Assembly (NCBI RefSeq): GCF_006345805.1
Contig: NC_042997.1
Location: 204,910,001 to 204,974,000, forward strand
Reading direction: 5' to 3'
DNA length: 64,000 bases
From: Octopus sinensis
Lineage: Eukaryota
Shown here: in pieces, positions 12,173 through 23,953 of the stretch
How positions within the stretch are numbered: position 1 is the stretch's first letter
How the letters are laid out: every line of letters begins with the position of its first letter
Notes under the pieces: generated by a model
What the model was told of the DNA's origin: nothing
What the model saw: the letters and a program-made list of their open reading frames with translations, nothing else
The model's database searches: none
Made by a program: the position numbers and the translations under genes

Positions 12173-12204
<32 letters not shown>

Positions 12205-12660
12205 TGTATGCATGTATGTATGTGCAGATTTGTATGTTTATGTATGTATTCTCAAGCACATAGTTACATATTTAGAAATGCTCATATATATTTAATGATA
12301 AACTTCTGGAAAGTTTCTCAGACTTTTACAGCTCCAGTGATGGGTCGTATCTGTAGTCTTCAAATTAGCTTTCTTCTCTCTGGTTTTGAGAAGTCTAATT
12401 TCTCTAGATTGGTATTTAGGCTGTGTGCTACATATCTCAGGGCCCCAATAATTACAAGTATAAACCTGAACTTGAAATAGTCTTCCATACTAAATACGCG
12501 ACGTGTCACTTCGAGCCAGCCTGTCCGTATGTATGTATGTATGTATGTATGTATGTATGTATGTATGTATGTATGTATGTATGTATTTAATAAGAAGGAT
12601 TTATCTACATTCATTCCAGGAAATGGCATTGTGCCTTATTTATGAGGTTGCTGTGCTCTA
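11405..12660 (-). mobile_element. Rearranged R4-like LINE remnants with (TATG)n
   Basis: NRPDIAVWDRQDNVGSVIQVGCPSD..KEGNYGQ (RLE domain) plus repeated copies of the CCATACTGAATACACGACGCGTCACTTCGAGCCAGCCTGTCCG-(TATG)n junction. Confidence 0.75.
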
Positions 12661-12712
12661 CTAGAAGTTCCCGAAGTCCATACATACGGTATGAGGGTGA
12701 GACAGGAATATA

Positions 12713-13075
12713 TCAGCTCATCAAATAAGTTCTGTCCGATTTTATCTTTTTTAAAATTGAATGAAATTTAGTATTATTACAAAATGTCTATTGGAATTTT
12801 AAATTATTTTTATGCATTTCTGTACATTTCAACTAATGAAATATTATTTTACAGAATAATAGAATTAAAATTTCTTTCATTAAAACACTTTCTAACATGG
12901 AAGTATCCAAAGAGCATTTAAAGAACATAATTTATGAGTACAAAAAAGGAAACTCTGCAGCGGAAGCGACTCGAAACATACACTCAATTTATGGGGAAAA
13001 ATGCTTGAATGAAAGAACTTGCAGAAGATGGTTTGCAAAATTCAGAAGTGGAGATTTCAGCCTATTAAGGAGGCC
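12713..13075 (+). mobile_element. Mariner (Tc1/mariner) 5' fragment: TA + left TIR + N-terminal HTH of the transposase
   Basis: TA|TCAGCTCATCAAATAAGTTCTGTCCG; ORF MEVSKEHLKNIIYEYKKGNSAAEATRNIHSIYGEKCLNERTCRRWFAKFRSGDFSL is the mariner HTH region; no DDD catalytic domain follows. Confidence 0.85.
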
Positions 13076-13978
13076 AAAAGTCAACAATGTGTTGAAGCAT
13101 TGAATCAAAAGGATCTAACTCTTTTAATTCAATCCCTTGTCGCCAAATAAACTCAACGTTTTAGAGGGGAGATGGCCTAATTTTTGAATGGCAATTTTTT
13201 ACTGGGGCTGAGGCAACTGAAAAGTGCAAAAGAATCGTTGAAAACAGGGCAAATTGGAAAAACGTGCTTGCAGGGAGCAGTCACTTACCGTGCTTCATTA
13301 TTAGCAACGCCACTGGAAGAATGCAAGAGAGACAAATATTTACATCAGTAAAATGTTTTCAGTAGGAATTTTGCCATTTAATGAGTTTGCTTCGCTAGAG
13401 TTGATCAGAGCGGCTGTAAGAAAGATAACTTTGTTTTTATGTTAAAAGTTATATGAATAACCTAGAACAGTGAACGGAGGAGTAGAATATTAGACAATAG
13501 TGACACTGGCGGACTTTATAAATTCAGTATCTTTTTTTATATTTGCCATTTAAACGCTGGTTATTGCAGATAAAAAAATCATCTGTTCCATTGTGGTGTT
13601 GAGGAGTTTCACAAACTCGTACAATCAGATGTTAATCGACTGTTAATAAAGAGAACTGTTTTTTACGTCATCTATATTGAAACCTCCGTATTTTCAGTTC
13701 AAATATAACTTGATTCAGTTATGATGCTAATTTTAATACCTTGAACTAGGTAGCATCGAATGCAATAGAACATCTCCTGCATCCGTTGAATAGAAAATCT
13801 CCTGCAACCTTTGAATAGAAAGTATCGACCTTGAAACGGGGATATGTTTAACCATAAAAGAGGTACTCGGCAACACCAAAATGCCTTGATTTCTCAGATA
13901 CATTGACCACAACACTTATGATTATTTCGTAACATTGCAAATGTCTATGAAATAAAGAAACGGAGTTGAATCTTCATT

Positions 13979-14012
13979 ACTTAATATGCTTTGTTTTTTC
14001 ATATTTTTACAG
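13979..14012 (+). promoter_or_regulatory. Putative 3' splice acceptor of a 5'-UTR intron (also at 27266 and 61469)
   Basis: ACTTAAT (branch-point-like), TTTGTTTTTTCATATTTTTACAG| then 10 nt to the ATG; conserved in all three gene copies. Confidence 0.6.
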
Positions 14013-14022
14013 ATAACCAAAT

Positions 14023-16245
14023 ATGGCTGCCACGCAGACGACAACAACAGCAACCAGTTCTCTTATTCTTTCAATCATTCTTATTATCACACTGACATCA
14101 CTAAACATCGATGCGAAGGAACTCGGCAATGATTGTGAAGTTAAAATCCCTCCCAATATCGGTGAGATTTTATATCGTTTAGTAAAATTAGAAAAAGAGG
14201 TTTTCAATTTTGAAGTCCATTTATCAAACAAGACACTTGATGACCTTCTTAATCCTGTGCCATTGGATTATTTTGCAAATGCGAGGAATTTTACGTGGAT
14301 TCCAGATAAATCAGGTGCTTTAACTATATATAGAACTTTCTCCTATGATTTTCCAATGAATTCTTTTAATATGTTGGACGTCTACGTTGCTAAACAAAGG
14401 ATTGATATCAATATCACTTGTGGAAAACAAAATATTCAGAGACACGATTTAATATATTTGATATTCGACGCATTGAAAAGAATCATATTTATGGACAAAT
14501 TGCAAATGGCAGAATCTGGATACATGTGTTTTTTTATAAATTTGTCTCAAGACATGAAGATGAACAGCCCTTACTCATTTGAAACTTACAGAAGAATTGG
14601 TATAAATCGAGAAATTATAAAGAAGTATTGCTGTAAACTCTATAAAAATGAAAGTAATCTTTATCGCCCCAAATCCATTTGTTCAGGAAAAATCATTCAA
14701 AATGCTAACTTTTTTAATTATTTAGATATTTTCGGAGGGGTTCTGTGGCTATTTTTCCCATTAATTATTAGTTTTGTATCAAAAGCTAAATTACCTTCAC
14801 ATTCCCGTCAACTCAATCTGCCACTGTTTGCTCACGATGAATTCTTATTTACAATTAAAAACACATTGCCACACGAATCCGAGTGGATCAATGGAAAACA
14901 TAATATTTACACATTCTCTCATCTTCTGTCTTGGGTATTTTGTTTCCACAATTCCTCTTTCTTTGCCTCAAGACTAAGAAGATTCCTTTGTATTCTATTT
15001 TCTCTTTCAGTAATTTTCCTGGATCTTTTGATGCATTACTTCTTTTTATATGAAACAATAGCAATACTTTTCCAAGATGGTATACCGTTGGGACATCGCG
15101 CCTTAATATTAGGAATCCCAGAAAGTTATGAGAATACTGATGGCTTCTTTGGGGGTCCTTTTGTATGGTTAATCTCTTACGTATCTTTCAACTTTATCCT
15201 CTTCGTTCTTCCCAGTCGTTTAAGTGAGACTATCGCTTATAAAACATTACATCAAAGATCCACTTTCACGTTTCTCATTCAAAATAAGAGATTATTAGAG
15301 AAGTATGGCAATTTAGATGTTTCTACTCTACAGGATTATGATCTACTCTATGCAATAATGGAAGCTAATGTTTCTACAGCTTTAAACCCAAATTTCTTGT
15401 ATTTAATAATTTATACTTGGATTAATCGTATAAAGAAAATTTGGTTATATTACTACAGGAGAAATATTTTCTGGAAATTCATTACACTTTGGCTCTTTAT
15501 TTCCATTACAATTTTATTTGCTGTATTTTCTGTCTGTGAATTATTTCTGTGCCTCGTTTATTATGGAATCCCAATTTTTTATCTGATTTTAACTTTACCA
15601 TTAAGTTATTTCAGAGTTTATATTTTCCCCCTGTATTTGAATCCTAACTACATTTTCAAGATTATTGCTTTCATTTTAACATTCATATCGTTTCTATATT
15701 TTCTAGTGTGGGCAATTTATTCAATCTATATATTTCTTACAAGTTTTGAAACCATCTGCACGTATATATTTTCATCAGCTATTGCAGTACTTGCTAAGCC
15801 TGATACTGTTGGTGATATATGGTTTCTTTCCATGTTTCTTCTCTATGGTATTGCAATCATAAAATCTATTCAGAAACGGTATGACTTTATTCTACTCGAA
15901 TCCATAAAGCTCACCAAAATTCTTCGTCCAAATTTAGTTCAGTCAAAATATGGAGAAGAATTCATAAACGCCACTTTGTTCAAGACAATTGTTAACCACC
16001 GTTTTCCCTTGAGAAATGAGATTGGTAAATCCATTGTAAAACTGTTTTTAATCCTATCTTTTTTCCTTGCTTGCAACAATATAATAAGTCTAGAAGAGTT
16101 GCACTTATCAGCATTCACAAAGATTACTTTGATAATGATGACGTCTATGATACCTAAATTATTGTCTATGATAAATGCAGATCGTAGGTTAACAATAACC
16201 ATGTTAGATAAAATGATCCAAACAATAAACTTATTTGAAGAATGA
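14023..16245 (+). CDS. Uncharacterised multi-pass membrane protein, copy 1 (740 aa; CDS has no introns)
   Basis: Uninterrupted 740-codon ORF in AT-rich DNA. Hydrophobic signal-peptide-like N-terminus (SLILSIILIITLTSLNIDA), ~200-aa ectodomain with C38, C133, C169, C203, C204, C220 and several N-x-S/T sequons, then about 8-10 hydrophobic helices. Frame conserved in two paralogues. Confidence 0.9.
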   Translation: MAATQTTTTATSSLILSIILIITLTSLNIDAKELGNDCEVKIPPNIGEILYRLVKLEKEVFNFEVHLSNKTLDDLLNPVPLDYFANARNFTWIPDKSGALTIYRTFSYDFPMNSFNMLDVYVAKQRIDINITCGKQNIQRHDLIYLIFDALKRIIFMDKLQMAESGYMCFFINLSQDMKMNSPYSFETYRRIGINREIIKKYCCKLYKNESNLYRPKSICSGKIIQNANFFNYLDIFGGVLWLFFPLIISFVSKAKLPSHSRQLNLPLFAHDEFLFTIKNTLPHESEWINGKHNIYTFSHLLSWVFCFHNSSFFASRLRRFLCILFSLSVIFLDLLMHYFFLYETIAILFQDGIPLGHRALILGIPESYENTDGFFGGPFVWLISYVSFNFILFVLPSRLSETIAYKTLHQRSTFTFLIQNKRLLEKYGNLDVSTLQDYDLLYAIMEANVSTALNPNFLYLIIYTWINRIKKIWLYYYRRNIFWKFITLWLFISITILFAVFSVCELFLCLVYYGIPIFYLILTLPLSYFRVYIFPLYLNPNYIFKIIAFILTFISFLYFLVWAIYSIYIFLTSFETICTYIFSSAIAVLAKPDTVGDIWFLSMFLLYGIAIIKSIQKRYDFILLESIKLTKILRPNLVQSKYGEEFINATLFKTIVNHRFPLRNEIGKSIVKLFLILSFFLACNNIISLEELHLSAFTKITLIMMTSMIPKLLSMINADRRLTITMLDKMIQTINLFEE

Positions 16246-16339
16246 AATACATCACGGAGAAGTTTATCAAGTTATTTGATATTCTTCGATAAAATCAAAA
16301 TTCCTTCAAAGTGTTTTATGAATTCTAACCTACGTTCTG

Positions 16340-16640
16340 TAACATAATAATAGTAGTAGTAGTAGTATTAGTAGTAGTAGTAGTAGTAATAATAATAATA
16401 ATTGTTCTGGCCATTCTCACAGTTACAAACACACTTAGCCGCCTCCTATACCTACCTACCTACCTACCTACCTACCTACCTACCTACCTACATACATACA
16501 TACATACATACATACATACATACATACATACATACACACATACACACATACATATATACATACACATACATACATACATACATACATACATACATACATA
16601 CATACATACATACATACATACATACATACATACATACAGT
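16340..16640. repeat. (TAG)n/(TAA)n then (CTAC)n/(ATAC)n microsatellites
   Basis: Directly visible. Confidence 0.95.
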
Positions 16641-18559
16641 TTATAAATTATTAGATAATTATTTACCAGTGGCTATCATGCTTAACAGGAGTCAGAAGAC
16701 ATACATATATTTAAATATAATATTATATGAAAACATACAAGAAAACTACCATGTGGATTTCTTACATGCTAAAAATGGCAGTCGAAGCCTGAAACCATGA
16801 AAGAATATTTCTTACATTAAAGCATGTTTATGTGTACTGATGACGCGTGTTATCCTAGGAATACCTGTTACAACTATCCTGTTACCACCCAACCCCTGGA
16901 AACCATTGAAATATATAATCTCAAACAATTCTTCATTGCTTAATCTTATCTTTCTGTCTGGTTTAATCCAGATTTTTGTTTATTTTGTTTCGAATCGAAT
17001 AAAGAATTTATTTTGATATCAACTATAATGTTGTTTGACTTTCTTCTCCGAATCCACGCCTCTGGGCGCTCTGTATTATTATTCTCTATCCATTTCTCAG
17101 TTTGTGTGTGTTTATGTATATGTGTGCATGGGTTTGGGTGCATGTGTATGTGTGTCCATTAATCAAACAGTTGAGACTCATTGTTGGGTCTGTCAAAAGA
17201 ATTGAAAAATGAACAACCCTCAACATCAAGAATTTATAGGAATTGCAAATGAATGCAAACATGAATTTCAAAAAAAACGTCACATCTTCTGCATTACTTG
17301 CCTACAATTCGACGAGAATTACATTGGAGGAACAGAAACAAATTTCACCAACCGTGTGAACGTCCTCAAATAGTAAATTAAAATTCATCTTTTAGAAATT
17401 GTCCACGTAATAAACATGTAAACATTTGTGCGAATGAAAAATAGAAAATATACCCTTTTTACAAAATAAAAGACGAAAATATCCAGCTATGAAAGGCACT
17501 TTATAAGACTTCCCAATTTGAAACTAAACCAAACTGATTATTAAAAACAAGTTTCTCTACACGCATTACCCCAGATCATGTGTTTTGTAGAAGTTCAACA
17601 ACGAAAGCGGTTACATACAAAATACAAAGGCTTTGTGACATTCTATTCTCTAAATAAATTTTAAACAGTTAATAAATTTCAAAGTAAAAAAAACACTTAA
17701 AGAGAATGACTCTCCCTAGACATTTACAAGATCTTTCATGAAATATTTTGAGATTATCAAATACATTTAGAAGAACATTACCCCCCCCTCCACACACACA
17801 CACATCCATATGACGGTGCTGCAGAATGGTCGCAGTCAAATGGCTTAAACATGTAAAACAATAAAAGAATATATACATATCCTCGGTGCCACAAGCATTT
17901 TTGTCGCCCCCATGTTGAATTCAACGCATCTCTACATGTTGTAAATAGATTAGAAATATCTGGAAAATATATTTTCAGAACTCCTGTTTCCGTCGCCGAG
18001 GTGACTGTCTCGCTATCAGGCCATATATATATATATATACAGGATAAAGTGTAAAACTAATTAATCAATTAATAATTAATAATTTTACAAAGCAGTTCGG
18101 TATGTTAAAAGAACCATTATCGGTAAACTTATACAAAATTTCTATAATTACGTGCATAATTATAATTAGTGTTTAGCAAAATTTGCTTCACCAGACACCG
18201 AAATTTAGAAACAGCAGTTAAAATACTATTCTACTATCATAATATATCTCCCTGACAGCAATACTCTACATTTCACGCAGCTAAAGAGAAAAATAATGAA
18301 TCCAACCGCAACAATGGCGCAAAACAGGGAAAGAAAGTAAACGCTATCTTTTTGATTGCAGATATAGAAGTGATTAGTTTTAATTTTATAAATCCATTTA
18401 TGTGCCAATCATGAATGGAATAATGGCCAACTTAACTCATATCAATTGGCAAAAGACGATCCCGATGCTAGCTCTATGAAATGTCTGAAATCATACTTTG
18501 GTAAGCTTCATCAAGATCTCAATCATTTCACGGCGAAAGAGACAGAGATAGGAGGTACT

Positions 18560-18878
18560 GTATCGTTTACGATGGTGAGCGTTCCAGTTGATCCAATCGA
18601 TGGAACAGTCTGTCCATGAAATTAACGTGCCAGTGGCTGAGTACTCCACAGACACGCGTACCTTTCACGTAGTTTCTAGAGAGATTCTGCGTGACACAGA
18701 ATGCAACAAGGCTGGCTCTTTGAATTACTCCTTTTAGCAAGCTGAGTGGAATGGCGAGAACGTGAAATAAAGTGTGTTGCTCAAGGATAGGACATAGCAC
18801 TCCGCCAGGCATCGAATTTACGACCTTACAATCATTGAGTGGAACACACTGACCACTAAGCCACGCGCCCTCACGGCC
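18560..18878 (-). mobile_element. tRNA-derived SINE
   Basis: Minus head GGCCGTGAGGGCGCGTGGCTTAGTGGTCAG (A box) ... GTAAATTCGATGCC (B-box-like). Confidence 0.75.
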
Positions 18879-19399
18879 AAACAATTCCACCAACTATTAA
18901 CATTTGTTGAACGTAAAAGAATAGTTGATGAAATCATTTCTAAAAAGTGATGAATGTAATCTGATTTCTGAAGCTGTAAACACTGCACAAATATCATGGC
19001 GGAGACATTTTCTTAGACAAGCATTTCTTCAACAGCAAACAGGCTCCACACTCTGTTACCATGCTGCATAACAATAAGGATGACCCCTCTGCACTTAGTA
19101 CTTCATCGCGTATCCAAAATGAAGGTCCACAACATTTTATCAGCGAAACCATACAACTATAAAACGTATGCTATCAGCTGGTGGGGCGAGGATCAGAAAC
19201 ACAGAAAGTCTATTTTTAGAGATGTCTTTTAATAAATTGCTTCATGTTTAAAAACTCCTCCACCAGAAAAGAATCCACCAAAGATTATAACTCACTTAAA
19301 AATCAAACAAAGAAATAGTATGAGTCACGGAATTGGAGAAGATTTGCAACAGCATAAATACTGACAACGTTCATCAGTAGAATAAATTTGGTTGAAAGC

Positions 19400-19710
19400 C
19401 TTAATTCCTGGGTACGTCTGAAAGCTCTGTGTCTCTATTTTCTTGAATGGCAAAGGGAGAGAGAGAGAGAGTATAATATACATATGGAAAATCCTGGACG
19501 GTTATGTGTTCCCAATTTTGACAGAGAGAGAGAGCTTTAATGCTGACACTGTCAGCTTCCAAATATATCACCTTCAAAATCACAAGCAAAAACACCCCTT
19601 TGTACCCGCCTGATTTTCAGAGGCCCCCAATTCTTCAACTACCTACCAAAAGAAGTCAGAAGTAAAAACGGAACTTCAAGTGAAACATTACAAAATAAAA
19701 CAATAACATT
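19400..19710 (+). mobile_element. CR1-like LINE C-terminal fragment
   Basis: WVRLKALCLY..ERESIIYIWKILDG..RGPQFFNYLPKEVR matches the CR1 RT thumb/C-terminal pattern. Confidence 0.7.
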
Positions 19711-19810
19711 GGATACACTCCGAATGATGATACCGGACCAGGCGACGACCATTCAAGGATACACTCCGAATGATGATACCAGACCAGGCAACCATTCAAG
19801 GATACACTCA
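19711..19810. repeat. Short tandem repeat, ~45-bp unit x2.2
   Basis: GGATACACTC starts at 19711, 19757 and 19800. Confidence 0.85.
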
Positions 19811-20059
19811 GGGAAGACCAGCTGCTACAAATCCAGTAATGGACCAACTTCCAGCCATAGAGTGAGAACAAAACTGAAAGAAAATAAATTCAGGTGGTGC
19901 TCCAGTATGGCAGCAATACCACGACTGAACCATTAAAAGAATAACAAGAGCACAAACCTCCGCCAAGGCAACACCAACGTCCTCTCAACGATTAGCCAGA
20001 GATGAGTTTTAAAATGAGAATACCTGAAATAAACTCGACTGCTCTAAGAGAATACTAAA

Positions 20060-20292
20060 AATGAATCCGAACGCTCTCAATAATTAAGTAAAAAAATAGG
20101 AAAAATAATCCAGAATCCTTGTCCAGTAGCTGATCAATTCCAAAATCTAATAGGTTCGTGCCAGTCACGAGGCCAAACATCCCTGAAAGTTTCATGCGAA
20201 TCCATCCACCGGTTCTTGAGAATCTTGTCCACGGACAGACTAACAAACACGACTTAAAAAATACCTCCGCCTTAAGGAAGGCGGATGTAATG
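20060..20292 (+). mobile_element. Non-autonomous Helentron/HINE-like element
   Basis: AAAGTTTCATGCGAATCCATCCACCGGTTCTTGAG..GACAGACTAACAAACACGAC..terminal hairpin CCTCCGCCTTAAGGAAGGCGGATG; architecture resembles DINE-1/HINE elements. Confidence 0.5.
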
Positions 20293-21004
20293 AAAGAACA
20301 AGGTAAACAATAGATTGTTGATCTACGGAATTCTCGATCAGTTATGCTCTGTTGCTTATCACACACCAACAAACAAATGAGTAACCCTCACCACACCAAC
20401 CAAGTCCGCCGAAAAATAAAATGGGAACAATGTTTAGAGACAGATGAAATGAGTATAAATGAATTAGTCTGGAAGAGGAGCGGAGAGCTGAGAGTAGAAA
20501 CGTGGTAGCAGGAAGAGGAGATGAGAATAAATTAATTAACCAATAATTACATCGCAACCAATCAGTTGCTCAATGAGATATGAGGGGGGTCAATCAATGA
20601 ATGTCACAGATACTCGTTCACAGGAAAGTAGGGGGTCGTTCATTGGGAAGGAAAATCTGGGGAGAAGTAAAGGGTTTGATTCAGATTGCAGGTTTTGAGA
20701 AACGATATGATGGAATTATTGTCTCTCGATTTAAACAGAAACCAAAGGGATCAATGGTGGGAATTTTGTGATTGTAACAAAGCTGTAGAGAAGAAAGCAG
20801 CCAAAAGAGAATTGATTGTCGGATGGTAGAACCCAAAACTGACTTTCTATGTAGGTAACTTATTGACTTTTACTATCAAACTTACAACGGAGAAGTAAAC
20901 ATACCAAGTTGATTGCACTGGTAGAAGAAAAACACTGATATCCAAAAGAGAGAAACAACAAACACTTGTCAAAGTTTGGGTTTTGTTGCCCTAGTAACCA
21001 CAGC

Positions 21005-21160
21005 TTTTGAGATAAGGGTTTCTAACCTAGTGCAGTTGCTTCATCACCTCATTTTATATGTCTCTGTAAATTATGGAGCCAATCTGACTTCATCTACCGG
21101 CCCTTAAACCGTTCCCATCCCCAAATGAGGCAAACAAATTTTTCGCATTTCAGCTTTATA
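21005..21160 (-). mobile_element. Degenerate relative of the sequence at 3412-3570 (candidate Helitron 5' end)
   Basis: CATCACCTCATTTTATATGTCTCTGTAAATTATGGAGC aligns with the reverse complement of 3480-3520. Confidence 0.6.
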
Positions 21161-21169
21161 GATTTTGAT

Positions 21170-21800
21170 TGTATATTTCACTTGCACAGGAAATAGTTTA
21201 CCCCGGTTCAAGCATAGTTCTGACAATACAGTCTGTCTACCACCACTTGGGTTCTGTTTTGATCAGGAAAGCACAGAGGAAGGTTGTTTTGTTGGTTGAG
21301 AAGTATTATTGATGCTTTTAAGAAATTGGCTTACTTTTTGTTTCCCAGTATTTGTTGTACGTATATCATTGAAATTGAGAGACTCGCAAAAGGTGAGAGA
21401 ATTATCATTTTCTTGGTTTAGCAACATGTCAGTGTTGCGGGAGTAGATCTATGATACAAGACGTTCTAACCTTGACCACCACCCTCTCTATTCATATGCA
21501 TTGTCCACCAATGTATTTCCTTTCTAATAATTGAAGGAATGATTTGAGAGATATTTGGCTGTTATTTTTAGTATTTTGTTTTCTTTGGAGGAGTTTACTG
21601 TGAGACGAGGTGTCTGTCTGAGGATAAACCATGAATCAATCCGGTTTTCTTTTTCTCTCTGGGGTTGGAACCCCTGCAAATGGTGTTGCCTTACTTTTCC
21701 TGTTTCAGTTATGGAGAGACATGGGTCCAGTGTCCCCATAGAGATTCCTTACAGTTTCCCTATTAACAAGGAGCTGTGTGTTAAATGTACCATAGCCATG
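21170..21800. repeat. Repeat U, variant B
   Basis: Near-identical to 24030-24560 and 50570-51100. Confidence 0.85.
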
Positions 21801-21881
21801 TAATAGTCTCTCATCAACCGTCATTCTCATCCTTTCTCTCCCTGCCCCTCAATCTTTCACCCTTTCTCTATGTCTATATAA

Positions 21882-21959
<78 letters not shown>

Positions 21960-22699
21960 GTATGTCTGTCTGTCTGTCTGTCTGTCCGTCCGTCCGTCCG
22001 TCGTCCGTCCGTCCGTCTGTCTGTCTGTGTTTATGTCTCTACATCTAATCTCTCTCCCTCTATCACTGTGTATATATCTCTCCCTGATAATGACTCTCTC
22101 TCTCTCCGTTGTCCTTTCAATGCCTCTACCTCTGTCGCTCTATATTTCTCTCTCTCCCTACTCTCGCTCTATCTATGTGATTCTATCCCTAAAGGAACAT
22201 TCCTGCATCTATGTATGTGTGTATGCATGCATGTATGTGTGTGTATGTATGTACACAAGCATGTATGTGTTTGTATGTATGCATATATTTATCTATGTGT
22301 GTATGTGTGCATGCTTGTATGTATGTATGTAGGTATCTATGTGTATGTGCGAGCGTGTAAGTGTGTATGTGTGTATATGAATGACTGTCTGTCCATGTGT
22401 GTGTGTATGTATGTATGTATGTATGTATGTATGTATGTATGTATGTATGTATATATGTATGTACGTATGTTTCTCTCCTGGTTTTAATACTTGACATTCT
22501 CCTGAAGAAGAGGCTGTTTTCTAACAAACATACAAAGCTCCGTCATTGGAATGTCGATGATGGAACCAATGTCCCATTTAAAACCTGTATACTTTACATT
22601 CAGCTGCTCACCTTTTGCTCTTCTTACCTGAGGCTTATAGCTTTGGTATTTAGGAATTAATATTTCATCAGTAAACATTAGTGTGATCCATTGAATTGG

Positions 22700-22820
22700 T
22701 TAGGGCTACGGTTAAGAACAGAATTAGACTGGACAAAAACCAGATTAGCTTTGCCACGGGGAGAAGCATTACTGATGCTATTTTCTTAGCCAGACAACTG
22801 CAAGAGAAATACTTACCCGA
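22700..22820 (+). mobile_element. RTE-like LINE RT fragment
   Basis: RVKNRIRLDKNQISFATGRSITDAIFLARQLQEKYL, matching the QFGF..RSTTDAIF..RQLQEK motif. Confidence 0.75.
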
Positions 22821-22859
22821 AATTTAATTCGATTTTGAATAGTTTTCTTGGTTACTCTC

Positions 22860-23094
22860 TTTACTCTATACTCTTTTATTGTTTCAGTCATTTGACTGCG
22901 GCCATGCTGGAGCATCGCCTTTAGTCGAGCAAATCGACCACAGGACTTAGTTTTTGTAGGCCTAGTACTTATTCTATCGGTCTCTTTTGCCGAACCGCTA
23001 AGTTACAGGGACGCAAACACACCAGCATCGTTTGTCAAGCGATGTTGGGGGGAAAACACACACACACAAACACACACACACACACATACACACA

Positions 23095-23154
<60 letters not shown>

Positions 23155-23318
23155 TACGACAGGCTTCTTTAAGTTTCCGTCTACCAAATCCACTCACAAG
23201 GCTTTGGTCGGCCTGAGGCTATAGTAAAAAACACTTGACCAAGATGCCATGCAGTGGGACTGAACCCGAAACCATGTGGTTGGTAAGCTAGCTACTTACC
23301 ACACAGCCACTCCTGCGC
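22860..23318 (-). mobile_element. tRNA-derived SINE with an internal (TA)n(CA)n tract
   Basis: Minus head GCGCAGGAGTGGCTGTGTGGTAAG..GGGTTCAGTCCC; 3' half recurs at 48080-48345. Confidence 0.8.
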
Positions 23319-23559
23319 TTATTATCTGTTTAAAATTTTTCTTTTTGTTTTTGCTGGTTGGTTCTGAGCTTTAAACTTTTTACTAAACGGTCCTCAATTG
23401 TTGATAATCTTGGTGTTGTTTTTTGTTATTATTTGCTGGTAACTGGGCTTGTCTCTCACTTGCAGAAGAGAAAGGATTTGCTCTTGTACAGTGGTAGATA
23501 AAATGACCAGTTTGAGGTGTTGTTACTTGTGGTATTCCAGAGCGATCACGGCTTAAGTA

Positions 23560-23910
23560 ATTTCCAGGTTTTTTCAATTCTTTTCAGAATTCTTGAAACA
23601 GCTAAAGGAGGTACAGACCAATCAGCTGCTCTCTTTTGTACACATTTCTCCATTTTTTACCAAATTTCAATCTGAGCTCGTTTCTCTCATAGATTTTCAT
23701 GATTCTTCCTCGTCTTTCATTTTGGCATCTGATGATCAAATTGGATATGACTGTCAAGAGAAATGTCGATAAAGGCATGTTTGTTTAGTTTTCTTGTGAT
23801 AAATATAAATTTTTGGAAAACCCGCTTTAATAAAAATAGTAAATCTACTTAATTAACTTTTCTAGGTGGGACTAAAGTTGCTGAGGTGAATTTGGATATA
23901 AATAAATAAA

Positions 23911-23953
<43 letters not shown>

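Noticed and set aside
12897-13103. Mariner HTH ORF as a domesticated SETMAR-like gene
   Set aside because: Truncated, no SET or catalytic domain, and the duplicate at 26150 has an early stop.
13510-13530. TATAAA followed by TCAGTA as a core promoter
   Set aside because: Spacing is far shorter than the usual TATA-Inr distance, such motifs are frequent in AT-rich DNA, and it is absent from copy 3.
13733-14231. Minus-strand ORFs conserved upstream of and overlapping all three gene copies (60-74 aa)
   Set aside because: Conservation is explained by the duplication; lengths and ends vary and there are no protein-like features.
14023-16245. Assignment to GPCRs, cephalopod chemotactile (Cys-loop) receptors or ionotropic receptors
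   Set aside because: No Cys-loop signature, DRY/NPxxY motif or iGluR pore motif is visible, and the TM count does not fit; left unnamed.
18800-18878. tRNA gene calls at SINE heads (also 10600-10650 and 23240-23318)
   Set aside because: A and B boxes are present, but there is no complete cloverleaf and each continues into SINE body sequence.
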